Shown piece by piece: positions 24,968-37,800 of a stretch of 64,000 bases of DNA. The notes beneath the pieces are model-generated. The model made no database searches. It saw only the letters and a list, made by a program, of their open reading frames with translations, and was not told the DNA's origin. The stretch is from Chiloscyllium plagiosum (Eukaryota): the NCBI RefSeq assembly GCF_004010195.1, contig NC_057746.1, positions 15,604,544 to 15,668,543 on the forward strand, written 5' to 3'. Within the stretch, counting starts at the first letter, position 1; every line of letters starts with the position of its first letter. The position numbers and the translations under genes were made by a program.

Positions 24968-25310
24968 AAAAAAATTGTGAATAGTGTTCAAGAATGTGTA
25001 GGTTAGGTGCATTAGTCAAGGGTAAATGTAGAGAAAAAGGGTAGGGGAATGAATTTGGGTGGGATATTCTTTGGAGGGTTGGTGTGGACTTATGGGGCCG
25101 AAGGGCCTGTTTCCACACTGTAGGGATTCTGTCACATAACATGAATTCTAGAACATTAGCCATGTGCATTGTGGTTTCCAGGTACCTCTTTATGGAATGG
25201 ACTTTAAAAAAGGCCATTTGGTCCATCGCACCCATGCTGTCATCAAACATCTCTCACTTTCCAGCACTTGACTGTACCCTTGTACGCTGAGGCATTTCAA
25301 ATGCTCCTTT

Positions 25311-25641
25311 GAGAATTCCCCGGAGAAATGTGTTTCTTCAGTGCATTTTGGCCTCACAAAGCAGGAGGATTTATCACGTTCTCTTCCAAGCAGACAGCAG
25401 GCACTGAGTTTTTCTTTCAGCAGCTGCCGTCAGTTACTGTTGTGACTGCAGCACATCCGAAAGGCTGAACTCAACTCACTTCATTGTGTTTCCACTGTCA
25501 CTTCCTGATTCAAAACCTTTTCTGCTGAGCTCAGCTGACTTCCGTAATATCTCACAAGTGTCTAAATTCCTGGAGGCAAACCTTGAATAGCCGAGTTCTG
25601 CCAGAGCTTGGTGACTCATAGATTGTTTGAATTGCAATTGG
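25311..25641 (+). promoter_or_regulatory. MHC class I proximal promoter: kB-like, ISRE-like and S-X1-X2-Y module
   Basis: gagaattcccc (25311-25321); agtttttctttc (25407-25418); S aaacct (25578-25583), 16 nt, X1 gccagagcttgg (25600-25611), X2 tgactca (25612-25618), 18 nt, Y attgg (25637-25641). Confidence 0.65.
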
Positions 25642-25783
25642 TCTGGCCGTGGATTTGTCTCCAGTCAGTAAGAGGCTATTCGAGTGATTAGGAACAGAGT
25701 TTCATGGTCGCACGGGATAGAGCATTCCTGGATTGTGGGGGACACTTCTGCAGAAACGATCGCCCCAAAATTCCTCTCCCACC

Positions 25784-25850
25784 ATGAGTAGAGACGGAGG
25801 AATGGAGGGATTGGTATTCCTGGTGCTTCTGTGTGGGGAAGTCTCTGCAA
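25784..25850 (+). CDS. MHC-I exon 1, signal peptide
   Basis: (MSRDGG)MEGLVFLVLLCGEVSA + A|gtgagt; two in-frame ATGs (accATG at 25784, ggaATGG at 25802). Confidence 0.88.
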
Positions 25851-28800
25851 GTGAGTATTCACAGCTGAGAGGGGCAGTGTCAGGCTGGGGTAATGTTAGC
25901 ACAGAGGGAAACCGATAGCCCGAGGTATGAGGGAGCAGTACCAGGCTGGCGATTATATTAACATAGAGGGAAACTAATAGAGCGAGGTAGGGTCAGTGCC
26001 AGACTGGGGGTTGTGTTACAACATCTCAGAGGGAAACTAATAGAGTGAGGTGTGAGGGTGAAGTGCGAGGCTGGAGGTTATGTTAGCGCCGAGGGAACCA
26101 ATAGAGTGAGGTGTGAGGGGGCGGTGCCAGACTGGGAGTTATGTTAGCACAGAGGGAAACTAAATAGGGTGAGGTGTGAGGTAGGTAATACCAGGGTGGG
26201 GTTATGTTAACACAGAGGGAAGCCAGTATAGTGAGGTGTCAGGGGCAGTGCTAGACTGGGGATTATGTTAGCACAGTGGGAAACCAATAGAGTGAGGTGT
26301 GAGGGGGCAGTACCAGGCTGGGGGTTATGCTGGAACATCTCAGTGGGAAACCAATAGAGTGAATTGTTGGGGGCGGGTGCAGTACCAGGTGGACATTGGA
26401 GTTGCAAGATTGAGAAGGGTGTAGGAGAACGGGACGGGGAGGGTGGGGTGCCCGAAACGTCGACTCTCCTGTTCCTTGGGATGCGGCCTGACCTGCTGTG
26501 TTTTTTCCAGTGCCTCACTTTATCGACTCTGACTCTCCAGCATCTGCAGTCCTCACTATCTCCTCGGTTGTGAGGGGGTTAGGCCATGGGTAGCATGCCT
26601 CCACCATTAAATTAAATCATGTCTGATAATTTCCCATCTTCCGATTCCATCAATGTTCCAACAAAAATCCAATTCACTTTTGAAAACACTTGAAACGAGA
26701 ACTCCCCTACCCCCCAACCCAGCCCCCGCCATTGCCTCGACGTTGCCAACTTTTTGAGTTCAGGATTTCCACTATTGCTCAATGTGAGGAGAAACCTGCT
26801 GACTTCCCTTCTGAATGGCCTGTTATTTTATATTGGTGTCGAATTGTTTTATGTTGATTCTGTCAATTACTTGTAACCCTTTAAACGCTTATAAAAATAC
26901 AAAGCAGAAGGATTAGAAGCAGGAGTAGGCCATCCGGCCTTTTGAGACTGCTCCAACATTCAACATGATCATAGCTGAACATCCAACTCCGTACCCTGTT
27001 CCCGTTATTGTCCCACACCCTTCACAATCGATTAGCTGTGAATGTTCTGCACTCAAGGAATGATAAGCTTAAATACAAACAAAAGATGCTGGGGTAACTC
27101 AACAGGTCTGCGGAGAGAGATTAATATTTTGATTCCAATGTGGCACTTCTTCAGAACTGTCAGCATTCCAGGTTCTAACCATTCATTGTGAGAATATGTT
27201 ACCACAAACACCACTGGTTCGTTTAACAATCACCTTAAACTGGAAATCTACAATTTCTAAACTATTCGCCAAAGGAATTGGGTTCCCCTGTCTTGGCACT
27301 GTGTGATATTGAACACTGCTATCAAATCTCCTTGAAGTCTTTTCTTCTCCAAAGGAAACCGCCTGATCTGTGCACATCGTTGTCATTCCTCAACCCTGGA
27401 ATCATTTTAGTTTATCTTTTCAGTAAGCTCTCAAAGAGTATTCTGCATTCCCTACGTAGCTGCACCCAGAATTGAAAACAATACTCTGGTTCAGCCTGCG
27501 CTTTTCTATCTGTAATGGTTCAGCATGAATTCACTATTCCTTTCTTCGGATGCATGCACCTCTGGGACGGCTAGCTTTTGTTTCCCAACCCAAATTCCCT
27601 ACTGGCTTGCCAGGTCATCTCGAGGGGAGTTAAGAATCATACACTCCCTACCATGTGGAAACAGGTGATTCGGCCCATCCAGGTCGACCCCCGCCCATTG
27701 TATCTCTGTAACCCAGCATTTCCCATGCCCACTCCACCTGACCTGCGCATGTTTGGACTGAGAGAGGAAACCAGATGATCCGGAGGAAATGCACACAGAT
27801 ACAAAGGGAGAACATGCAAACACCACACAGGTAGTCTCCCAAGGAGGAAATCGAACCCAGATCCCTGGCATTGTGAGGCAGCAGTGCTAACCACTAAACT
27901 GCCCTGCTGCACAATCCTGTGGGACTGGAGTCACATGTACTCTTGATCTTGCAGATTTCCTCCACTCTGGGATAGGAGTATGAATGGATGTGAAGTTACT
28001 TGCTTTGGAAGAAAAATTGTTTTTTTAAAAAGTGGCATATTACTTCACTGATGAGGTGCCAGGAAGTGTGGGTGTCTGATGAGATTTTGTCTTGAAATCT
28101 CTTTTTTTAGTTTCTTTTTTCCCCTCTGTTATATTATCATGGGAGGACTGTTATTCTGAATTTTTTACCTCTTTATTTTTCTATTTTTTTCCTATGATTT
28201 TATACTTTTGAAGGTCTGTAATGCTGAGTCTGTAAACCTTTTAAAGAGGTTGTACTGATGCTAGTGCTGTAAGTGGTGACTTGTAAACTTTTCACTGTAC
28301 TCAGGTGAGTACATGTTACAATCTAATTCTAATGTGGTATTAAGTGTGTTGGATTGGAAGTCAGACAGAATAGATTAAATGTCACTTTGCATCAGCAGTT
28401 TCATTTGGAAAATTTTAGCCCAACTGGTATTCATCAGTCAGGGCTTCCTCAAAGGTGCAGTGGCTTGCAAAGTATCAATGGGGGAGTTATGAAGTCTAGA
28501 TTAGAGTGGTGCTGGAAAAGCACAGCAGTTTAGGCAGCATCCGAGGAGCAGTAATGAGTTATGAAGTCTGACTGGTCAGCTACATTGGCCCAAACTAGGC
28601 CAGATGTCAATTACAAAGTATTAAGGTTGAAGACAGCGATGAAAACATTCCTTCATTACTCGCGCAAAACATTGAAAAAATTAAAAATAAAGCATTGTGC
28701 TTTGAAGATTTCCATCACTGGGAAACGTCAGGAATATGAAACTTGTTTTTAGTGATTCTTTAAATCGTGCATGTTATCCTTGATTTAGACTACATCACTT

Positions 28801-31800
28801 TCTCCAACTTTACCCCTTGACTTTCTATTTTCTACAATAGTGCTGCCCATCTCTGCAAGCACTCTCGGAGAACTGGTATTCCTAGGTAATAGAGACCATT
28901 TGGCCCATCAAGTCTGCACCAACCCTTTGAAGAGCATCGCACCCTATTCCTGTAACACATACATTTACCATGGCTGACCCACCTAACCTTGATAACTACT
29001 GCGCAATTTAGTTGCTGACTCCCTTTTTAGAAATTTTTTCCCAATAATTTTGCTAAGAAAAATATGACAGCTACATCCTCACTAAGGTTTTCTGTTACTT
29101 ATTTGCTGTTAGCTGCTCTTGATATCTTTTTAGCTTCCCACTAACCTCCTGTACTCGAGAGCTCATCACAATGACTTGCAAAGGAAGCGCAATAGTGCCT
29201 AGGACCTGGGCTCATTTCCAGCTTTGCATGACTGTGTTTTTGGAGTTTGCGCATTCTCCGCATGTCTTCATGGGTTTCCTGCCACAATTCAGAGATTTGC
29301 AGGTTAGGTAGATTGGCCATGCTAAATCATCCAGTAGTGTCCAGGGTACGCAGGCTGAGTGGAATAGCTATGGTAATTGAGGAGTTATGGAGATAGGGTG
29401 GGAGGAGTGGGCTGCTTTTCAGAAGATCAGCGCAGACTCAATGGGCTGAATGACCTCTTTCTGCACTGTCAGGATTTGATGACTCCCTTTTTGAGGTCAA
29501 TTTGTACCATTTGTGGTGTATTAGCTTGTTACCACTCCCAAAACTCAGTAAGGTTTGTTAAAGATTTTGTACCTGCTCTTCTTTAAAAAAAAAGACAATC
29601 TCTGCAGAGTTTCCTCAGTTAATCACATAACTGCAACAACAACAGTTCTTTCTTGCTTATGTGTCGCAGTTTTCCACAGTTGGTATCCCAAAGTTTGTGA
29701 GAGAGATTGAGTGGATTGTAGGGGCACAGGAGGGTACTCAGTGGGACACTGAAAGGGATCTGAAAGCAGGGAGTAAGATTCAGGAGGACCATGGCAGCAG
29801 GGTCGAGAGGGAGAGCAGGGATAGTTTGAATGTCTCATTTTATGTTGGATTGTAAATGTAGTGGCCATGCCTCTCTCTGTTTCAGATTCTCACTCTCTTC
29901 GGTACCTGGCCACTGTTCAGACTGCGACCCACCACCTTCCAGGCTTTGTGATCATCGGCTATGTGGATGATGTCCAGTTTTTCAACTACGACAGCACTCG
30001 GAAGACATTGATCGCCCAGGGGCAGTGGATGGTGGAAAGTAAGAAGCCCCCATTCTGGGAGCGAAGTGCAATGCTGGCACAGCAGAAGGAGAAACATTTC
30101 GAACACTACATTCAAATGCTAGCGGCACGGACCAACCAGTCGGGTGGTGAGCTCATACACCTCAGTTGTTAACATCTTTTGAGAGAAGCTGAGAGTAGAA
30201 AGGGATTTGGATAAGGTCATGGGAAGGAAGGGGTTCCATCTCCTTAGAGCAGGGTCTAGCAAACAATGTGTACATTAGACCTCAAAGTATATTTGAAAAA
30301 AATGCTGTGCCCACCCTACCTGATGTTCCAAGGTTCAGGGGAACACAGATTTCAGGGTTTGACCAAAAAAATGCAGGAAAACCCAGGAAGGGAACCAAGA
30401 GAGGATATTAAAGAGGAAAACCAGGGTATTCTGAGACTGTTTGAAGAGATAGATAGCACTAGTGTAGAGAATAGAACTTTAAGACGTGAAAGTTGGAGTA
30501 AGGGAGAAAATAATGAAATCTAAATCAAGGATACAAAATATGTGGAGTACAGTAAATTAGACTTCAGAGCAACAGGCACAGATTGACTTGTGGAAGTACG
30601 ATGCTGTGACAATAGCAGAGACCTGGCTGAAGGGACTGCGTGTTAAATACCACTGGGTATAAAGTGTTTGGTAAAGATAGGAAAGGAGGAAACAGAAGAG
30701 AAATGGCATTATTGGTCATGAGGAGCATTGGTGGAAAAAGGGCAATTGCATAAATAAGGTTGTAGACAGGACTCTGAACTAAATGGGGCATGAGGAGGGT
30801 TCAGTTAAAGGGGAAATTAGAAAACCCAAATTAAAGGAGGAGGTAAGAGTGCAGAACTCAGGGGAAGTTATTAAAATCTCCAGTACACACAGAAATACGG
30901 CAGTGTATATGGAAAGGGTTAGCAATGAAACTTCAAGCACACTGGGCAAACGAATGACTGTGAGAAAAGGGACCGTTAATACCGGACTTAAGCTGTTATG
31001 TCTGAATGCATGCAGTATGAGAAATAAGGTAAATAAGCTTGTGGTGTAGATCGAAATTGGCAGGTATGATGTGGGCATCATGGAGACTTGGTTATAAGGG
31101 GATTAGGATTGGGAGCTGAATATTCAAGGATTGAAAAGGTAGGTAGTTGGGCAGAGGTGGTGGCTTGCCTTATTAGTAAAGATTAAATTAAATCAATAGT
31201 AAGAAACGAAGTAGGGGCAGATGGCATAGAATCTGTGTGGGTAGGATTGAAGAACCGCAAAGGTAAAAAATCAAACCATAGTTGGAGTTACATACAGGCT
31301 CCAAAAGTAGTCAGGAACTAGGGCACAAGATGCACCAGGAGATTGAAAAGATGTGTAGGAAGGGCAAAGTTACATCGATCATGGGGGATTTCAATATGCA
31401 GATGGACTGGGAAAGTCAGGCTGGAGATAGATTGCAAGAACGGGAATTTGTGGAATGTTGACCAGATGAATCTTTGGAGCAGCTTCTGGTGGAACCCACT
31501 AGGGAACAGGCAATACTGGATTTATTGTTGTGCAATTGATAGGGGAGCTTAAAGTGAAGGAACCATTAAGAGACAGTGATCGTAACATGATTGAATTTAC
31601 TCTGTAATTTGAGAGGCAGAAGACACCATCAGAGGTAACGGTATTATAGCTAAATAAAGACAACTACAGAGGCATGAGGAAGGAGCTGTGTAGAATTGAC
31701 TGTAAGAGGAGTCTAGCAGGAAAAACAGAGGAACAGCAATGGCAGGATTTTCTGGGACTAATTCAGGAGACACAGCAGAGATTGATCCCAGGAAAAAGAA

Positions 31801-34800
31801 TCATGGTACAGGGAGGTTAAGGCAACCATGGCTGACTGGGGAAGTCAGAGGTAGTGTAAAAGTGAAAGAAAAAGCATATAATGTGGCGAAAGGAAGTGGG
31901 AAACTAGAGGATTAGGAACCTAACAAAGACCAATAGTGGGCAACAAAAAAAGCAATAAGGAGGGAGAAGATTAAATATGAGGGTAAGCTAGCCAGTAATA
32001 TAAAGGAAGACTGTTAGAGTTTCTTTAGACATATTAAGGGCAAAAGAGAATCAAAAATGGACATTGGGCCTCTGGCAAATGACACTGGAGAGATAGTAGT
32101 GGTGAACAAGGAAATGGCTGAGGAACTGAATAATTACTTTTATTTTTAGATTAGATTACATTACAGTGTGGAAACAGGCCCTTCGGCCCAACAAGTCCAC
32201 ACCGACCCGCCGAAGCGAAACCCACCCATACCCCTACATTTCCCCTTATCTAACACTACGGGCAATTTTAGTTTTGACCAATTCACCTGACCCTGCACAT
32301 CTTTGTGACTGTGGGAGGAAACCGGAGCACCCGGAGGAAACCCACGCAGACACGGGGAGAACGTGCAAACTCCACACAGTCAGTCGCCTGAGGCGGGAAT
32401 TGAACCCGGGTCTCTGGCGCTGTGAGGCAGCAGTGCTAACCACTGTGCCACCGTGCCGCCCACAAATGTCAGTCAGTCTTCACGGTGGAAGACATGAGTA
32501 ATACCCCAAACATTCAAGTGAGTGAGGGGGCAGAGCCAAGTGTGGTGACCATAACCAAGGAGAAGGTGCTCGAGAAACTAAATGGCCTAAAGGTGAATAA
32601 ATTACCTGAACCAGATGGATTACACCGCAGAGGTACAAGGGAGATAGCGAAGGGATAGTGGATTCATTCGTGGTGATCTTTCAGGAATTGCTAGAATCAG
32701 GAAGGGTGCCAGAGGACTGTTTAAAATGGAGCAAGGCAAAAGATGAAAAATTACATTAAAAGATTAGCCTAACCTTGATTGTGGGTAAGATCCTGGAATT
32801 GATTGTGAAGGATGAGATTTCTGAATACTTGGAAGTTTATGGTAAAACAGATAATGTCAGCATGGTTTCATCAAGGGGATGTCATGCCTGACAAATCTGC
32901 TGGAACCCATTGACGAGGTAATGAGCAGATTAGACAAAGAAGTGCCAATGGATGTTATCTATCTGGACATCAAGAAGGCCTTTGGCAAGGCGCTGCACAG
33001 GAGGCTACTGAGTAAGATAAGGGCCCATGGTGTCAGAAGCAAGGTGCTAGTATGGATAGAAGCTTGGCTACTGGCAGAAAGCAGAGAGTGGGGATAAAAG
33101 GGTCCTTTTCAGGATGGCAGCCAGTGACAAGTAGTGTTCCACAAGGGTCATTGTTGGGATGATAACTTTTCCCTTTATACATTCACGATCCAGACAAAGG
33201 AACTGAGGGCATCCTGGCTAAATTTGCAGATGATACAAAGATAGGTAGAGGGATAGGTAGCATTGAGGAGGCAGGGAAGCTGCACAAGGATTTGGACAGG
33301 TTAAGAGAGTGACAAAGAAGTAGCAGATGGAGTACAATGTGGGAAAATGTGAGATCATGCACTTTGGTAAGAAAAATAGAGGTATGGGCTATTTTCTAAA
33401 TGGACAGAAAATTCAGAAGAATGAAGTGCAAAGAGACTTGGGAGTTCTAGTCCCGGATTCTCTCAAGGTAAACTTGCAGGTTGAGTCAGTAGTTGGGAAA
33501 GCAAATGCAATGATGGCATTTATTTTGAGGGGACTTGAATATAAAAGCAGGGGTGTACTTCTGAGGGTCTATGAAGCTCTGGTCAGACCACACTTGGAGT
33601 ATTGTGTGCAGTTTTGGGCCCCACATCTCAGGAAGGATGTACTGGCCCTGGAGCACGTTCAGAGGAGATTCACAAGAATGGTCTCAGGAATGAACAGCTT
33701 AACATATGAGGAACGTTTGAGGACTCTGCCTTTATACTAGATAGAATTTAGAAGGATGAGAGGGGATCTAATTCAAACATACAAAATACTGAATGGCCTG
33801 GACAGAGTAAATGTTGGGAAGGTATTTCCACTGGTCAGAGAGACTAGGACCTGAGGGCACAGCTTAGAGTAAAGGGAAGACCTTCTAGAATAGAGATAAG
33901 GAGAAACATCTTCAGCCAGAAAGGGGTATTTCTATGGAATTCATTGCCACAGAAGGCTGTGGAAGCTAGGTCATTGAGTGTTTTTAAGACTGAGTTAGGT
34001 AGGTTCTTGAATATCAAGAGGATCAATAGTTATGGGGAGAAAGTGAGAAAATGGGGTTGAGAAACTTATCAGCCATGATTGAATGGTGGAGCAGACTTGA
34101 TGGGCTGAATGGCTTACTTTCTGCTCCTATGTCTTATGGTCACAAGGGACATCCCAGAAGGTTCAAACATAGTATCAATCTGACCTGATTTAACAAATAA
34201 AAAGAGTGCAATTAGTTTGCACATCTATTGGTAACTAGTGAGTGTGTTACAACATGGGGTAAACCCCTCTGCTAATTTAAATCTGACACACAGAGAAGTT
34301 CACCTCATGCCATAATGTGTTAAATTTTGAGAGGCAAAGAACAATCCCAGATGACACTACTTAAAGTAAAAGTAACAAGTTTATTCTTTACGTCCAACAG
34401 AGAACATTAAAACAACAACTATTTACAACTCCTTTCTCTCTAACCTATCTTTTACCCTCCACTGGACAACATTGGTCAGATAAATTTCCTTTTAGATTTA
34501 CGGCAAAATCAATTTCAAACCCAGGTATAGTCTTCAGATGTCAAACTTTCTCTGTAGATTTCTTTCAGTTGACCATAGTGTTCTGCTGCAAAAAATTCTT
34601 ATAGACAGGTACCTTTTGGAGAGTTATTCAGCTGGCAGTCTGTTTGTTGGTGCTTGGTGCTATTCTCCCCCTAACTGTTCAAATTGTCTGGTTTTATACC
34701 ACAAAGCATTGAATCATTTCATTGGTTTAATGCCATCCCAAACAGTAAAATTCAAATTTGATTGGATTTTAGTATCTGTGGCATAATTTAAACTTTGAAT

Positions 34801-37800
34801 TTGTTTTTGTACCATGGCAACACAGTACCAGCTATTTGTGTCAATCAAATGTTAAGTATTTAAATCTTTCAGCCCAATCTGTGCCTCTCTAAGTCTGCGC
34901 CAGCTTCCAGTCTCTCTTAAAGGTACAGTACTCACCTACACCTTCATAACAAGTGGGAAGGATGGAGTGTGACATATCTGGAGGGAAATTACAGAGAGAG
35001 TTGATATTATACAATGGTTATAATTGGGGCTGGGGGCAGAGTGGAGGTGGAAAAGCATATTAGAAAACCAAAGGGAGATTATGAGGAAAGACTGGTGGTC
35101 AACATGAAAGAGTGTCTCAGATTCTTGTGTGGGCATGTCAGTATTAAAAGGTTGGTAAAACTAGGACTTTTTAGGGACCAAAAAGTTTTACACTTGAAGG
35201 TGGGAGACATGGCTGGCATGCTAAATGAACATTTTGCACAAGTCTTTATCAAGGAGGTGCTTACGGCCTAGGCAGGAGGCTCTGGGTGATCAGGGTGAAG
35301 TGTTCATTAGAGTATCAACAGTTAAAGTTGGCACTACGACCGGATAAGATCTATCTATGGATCATGAAAGACAGTGGAATTTTGCAGAGGCACTGGGCAT
35401 GATCTTTCAGTCTTCCCTCGACTCTGGGAGAAGCCCAGAAATTGGAAAATTGTAGATTTTACACTCTTGTTCAAAAAAGCCCAGAAGGTTACAGCCGACA
35501 GTCACAGGCAAATCGGTTTAACCTCTGCATTGCAGATATTATTCAGGATAGAATTCATAGTCAGATGAATAAACATGGCTTGTTTAGGGAAAGCCAGCGA
35601 GGATTTGTAAAGGGGAAATTAAATTTGGCTAAATTGCTGGAGTTTCTTTGAAGAGGTAACAGGAGATTGTGTGTTGTTTTTAAGTTGAGGGGAAGAATGC
35701 ACGGGGAAGGGTGAAGTCCTTAAAACAGCCTTGACAGGAATGGTGTGGAGTTGCAGATTTACTAACAGTCTATTCTGGAATTTGTAGACTTTTCTAATAT
35801 ATGTGATTAAAGCTTTCACACTCCATTAAATTCATTCAATGGATTGCTTCTATTCAGTTAAATCAATCAACATGGTTCAGGAGTTTATTGACAACTTCAT
35901 TGGGAAGTCTCATTTTTTAAATATGGCATATTTTAAACATATTCATGCTTTTAAAGAGCATTTCAAATAGCAAAGTCTCAATGTCTGAGTGTACTATCAA
36001 TAAAATATCAGTGCGCAGGAAGAAAAGTAATTAAGAAAGCAAACAGAATGTTGCTGTTTATTTCAAGGGGAGCAGAAGGCAAAGACTGGGAGGGTATGCT
36101 TCAGTTATCCAGGCCATGATTACTCTACATCTGGAGCACTGTATATGGTATTGGTTTCCTCGTTAATGTAATAGTGTAAATGCATTGGAGACAGTTCAGA
36201 GAAGGTTCACCTGACCAATACCAAGAAGGAGGGTTGCCTTAAGAGGAAATGTTAAGGACGGGCTCGGCTTGTGATTGCTGGAGTTCAGAAAGGTTAGAAG
36301 TGACTTGATTGAACCATAACCGTTCCTGAGGGGTCTGCCAGGGTGGGTGTGAAGAGCAAGTTTTCTCTTGTTTGATGACTTAGATCCAGGTTCACTGTTG
36401 AAATAAAGGAGATCATCTGTTTAAGACCAGGAAAAGGACATGTATCTTTCCTTTGTGAATCCTTTGAACTCTCTTTCTAGCAGGTAGCCTTTTTAAAAGA
36501 GAAAAAGGGTGATGGGGAATGAATATCAGAAATGGAAGGTATTGGGAAGTCATTAGTTCAGCTGAATTGAATGGTGGGATAGTTTCAAAGACCTAATTCT
36601 GTCCAAGTTCTATAAGTTTAAGTACTCCTTTAGAAGGCACCCAGGGTTTGATGCTACTGCCTGCTTCCCAGTGTTGAATCTGATGTGAGGTGCAGGCTAA
36701 TGGGTGGGCTCACTCAGTCCAATGTCTTCTGATTCCCTGAGTCTATCTCACTGACAGGGATCCACTGGTTCCAACTAATGACTGGCTGTGACCTGAGGGA
36801 GGATGGCACCACAGATGGATTCTCACATTTCGGCTGGGATGGGCAAGATTACATGAAATTTGACAAGGATCACCAGGACTGGGTCACCACAGTACGATGG
36901 GGAGAAAAGACAAAGAAATGGTGGGAGGAAATCAAGGCCTGGAATAATCAGCAGTGGACATATTACCTGGAGAAGGAGTGTGTACACTGGCTGAACACCT
37001 ACTTGGACTACGGACAGCAGATGCTGAGTATCAGTAAGTGATGAGTCAGGGAGAGTGAAAGTCTGTAAGTGCGGGTGGGAGTACAAGTCTGCAATGAGGT
37101 GGGAATGAGAGTTGGAGAGTGGTGGGAAAGTGTGAGGTTGTCAGTGTGGGGATGGTGAGGGGGGAAAGAGAGCTAGTAAGTGAATAGGGGAGTTGGGGGT
37201 GCGAGTAAAAGTTGTGGAGTGAGAGGGGAGTGAGTAGGTTAGTGGGGAGGAGCGAGAGTTTTGTGTGAGGGAGAAGAGAGAGGGTGAGTGAAGGGGTAGA
37301 GTCAGAGGTAGTGGGTGAGCGGAGTGAGANNNNNNNNNNNNNNNNNNNNNNNNNNNNNNNNNNNNNNNNNNNNNNNNNNNNNNNNNNNNNNNNNNNNNNN
37401 NNNNNNNNNNNNNNNNNNNNNNNNNNNNNNNNNNNNNNNNNNNNNNNNNNNNNNNNNNNNNNNNNNNNNNNNNNNNNNNNNNNNNNNNNNNNNNNNNNNN
37501 NNNNNNNNNNNNNNNNNNNNNNNNNNNNNNNNNNNNNNNNNNNNNNNNNNNNNNNNNNNNNNNNNNNNNNNNNNNNNNNNNNNNNNNNNNNNNNNNNNNN
37601 NNNNNNNNNNNNNNNNNNNNNNNNNNNNNNNNNNNNNNNNNNNNNNNNNNNNNNNNNNNNNNNNNNNNNNNNNNNNNNNNNNNNNNNNNNNNNNNNNNNN
37701 NNNNNNNNNNNNNNNNNNNNNNNNNNNNNNNNNNNNNNNNNNNNNNNNNNNNNNNNNNNNNNNNNNNNNNNNNNNNNNNNNNNNNNNNNNNNNNNNNNNN

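Noticed and set aside
25865-26390. 61-bp repeat as a CRISPR-like array or coding exon
   Set aside because: Head-to-tail degenerate minisatellite inside an intron, with no spacers.
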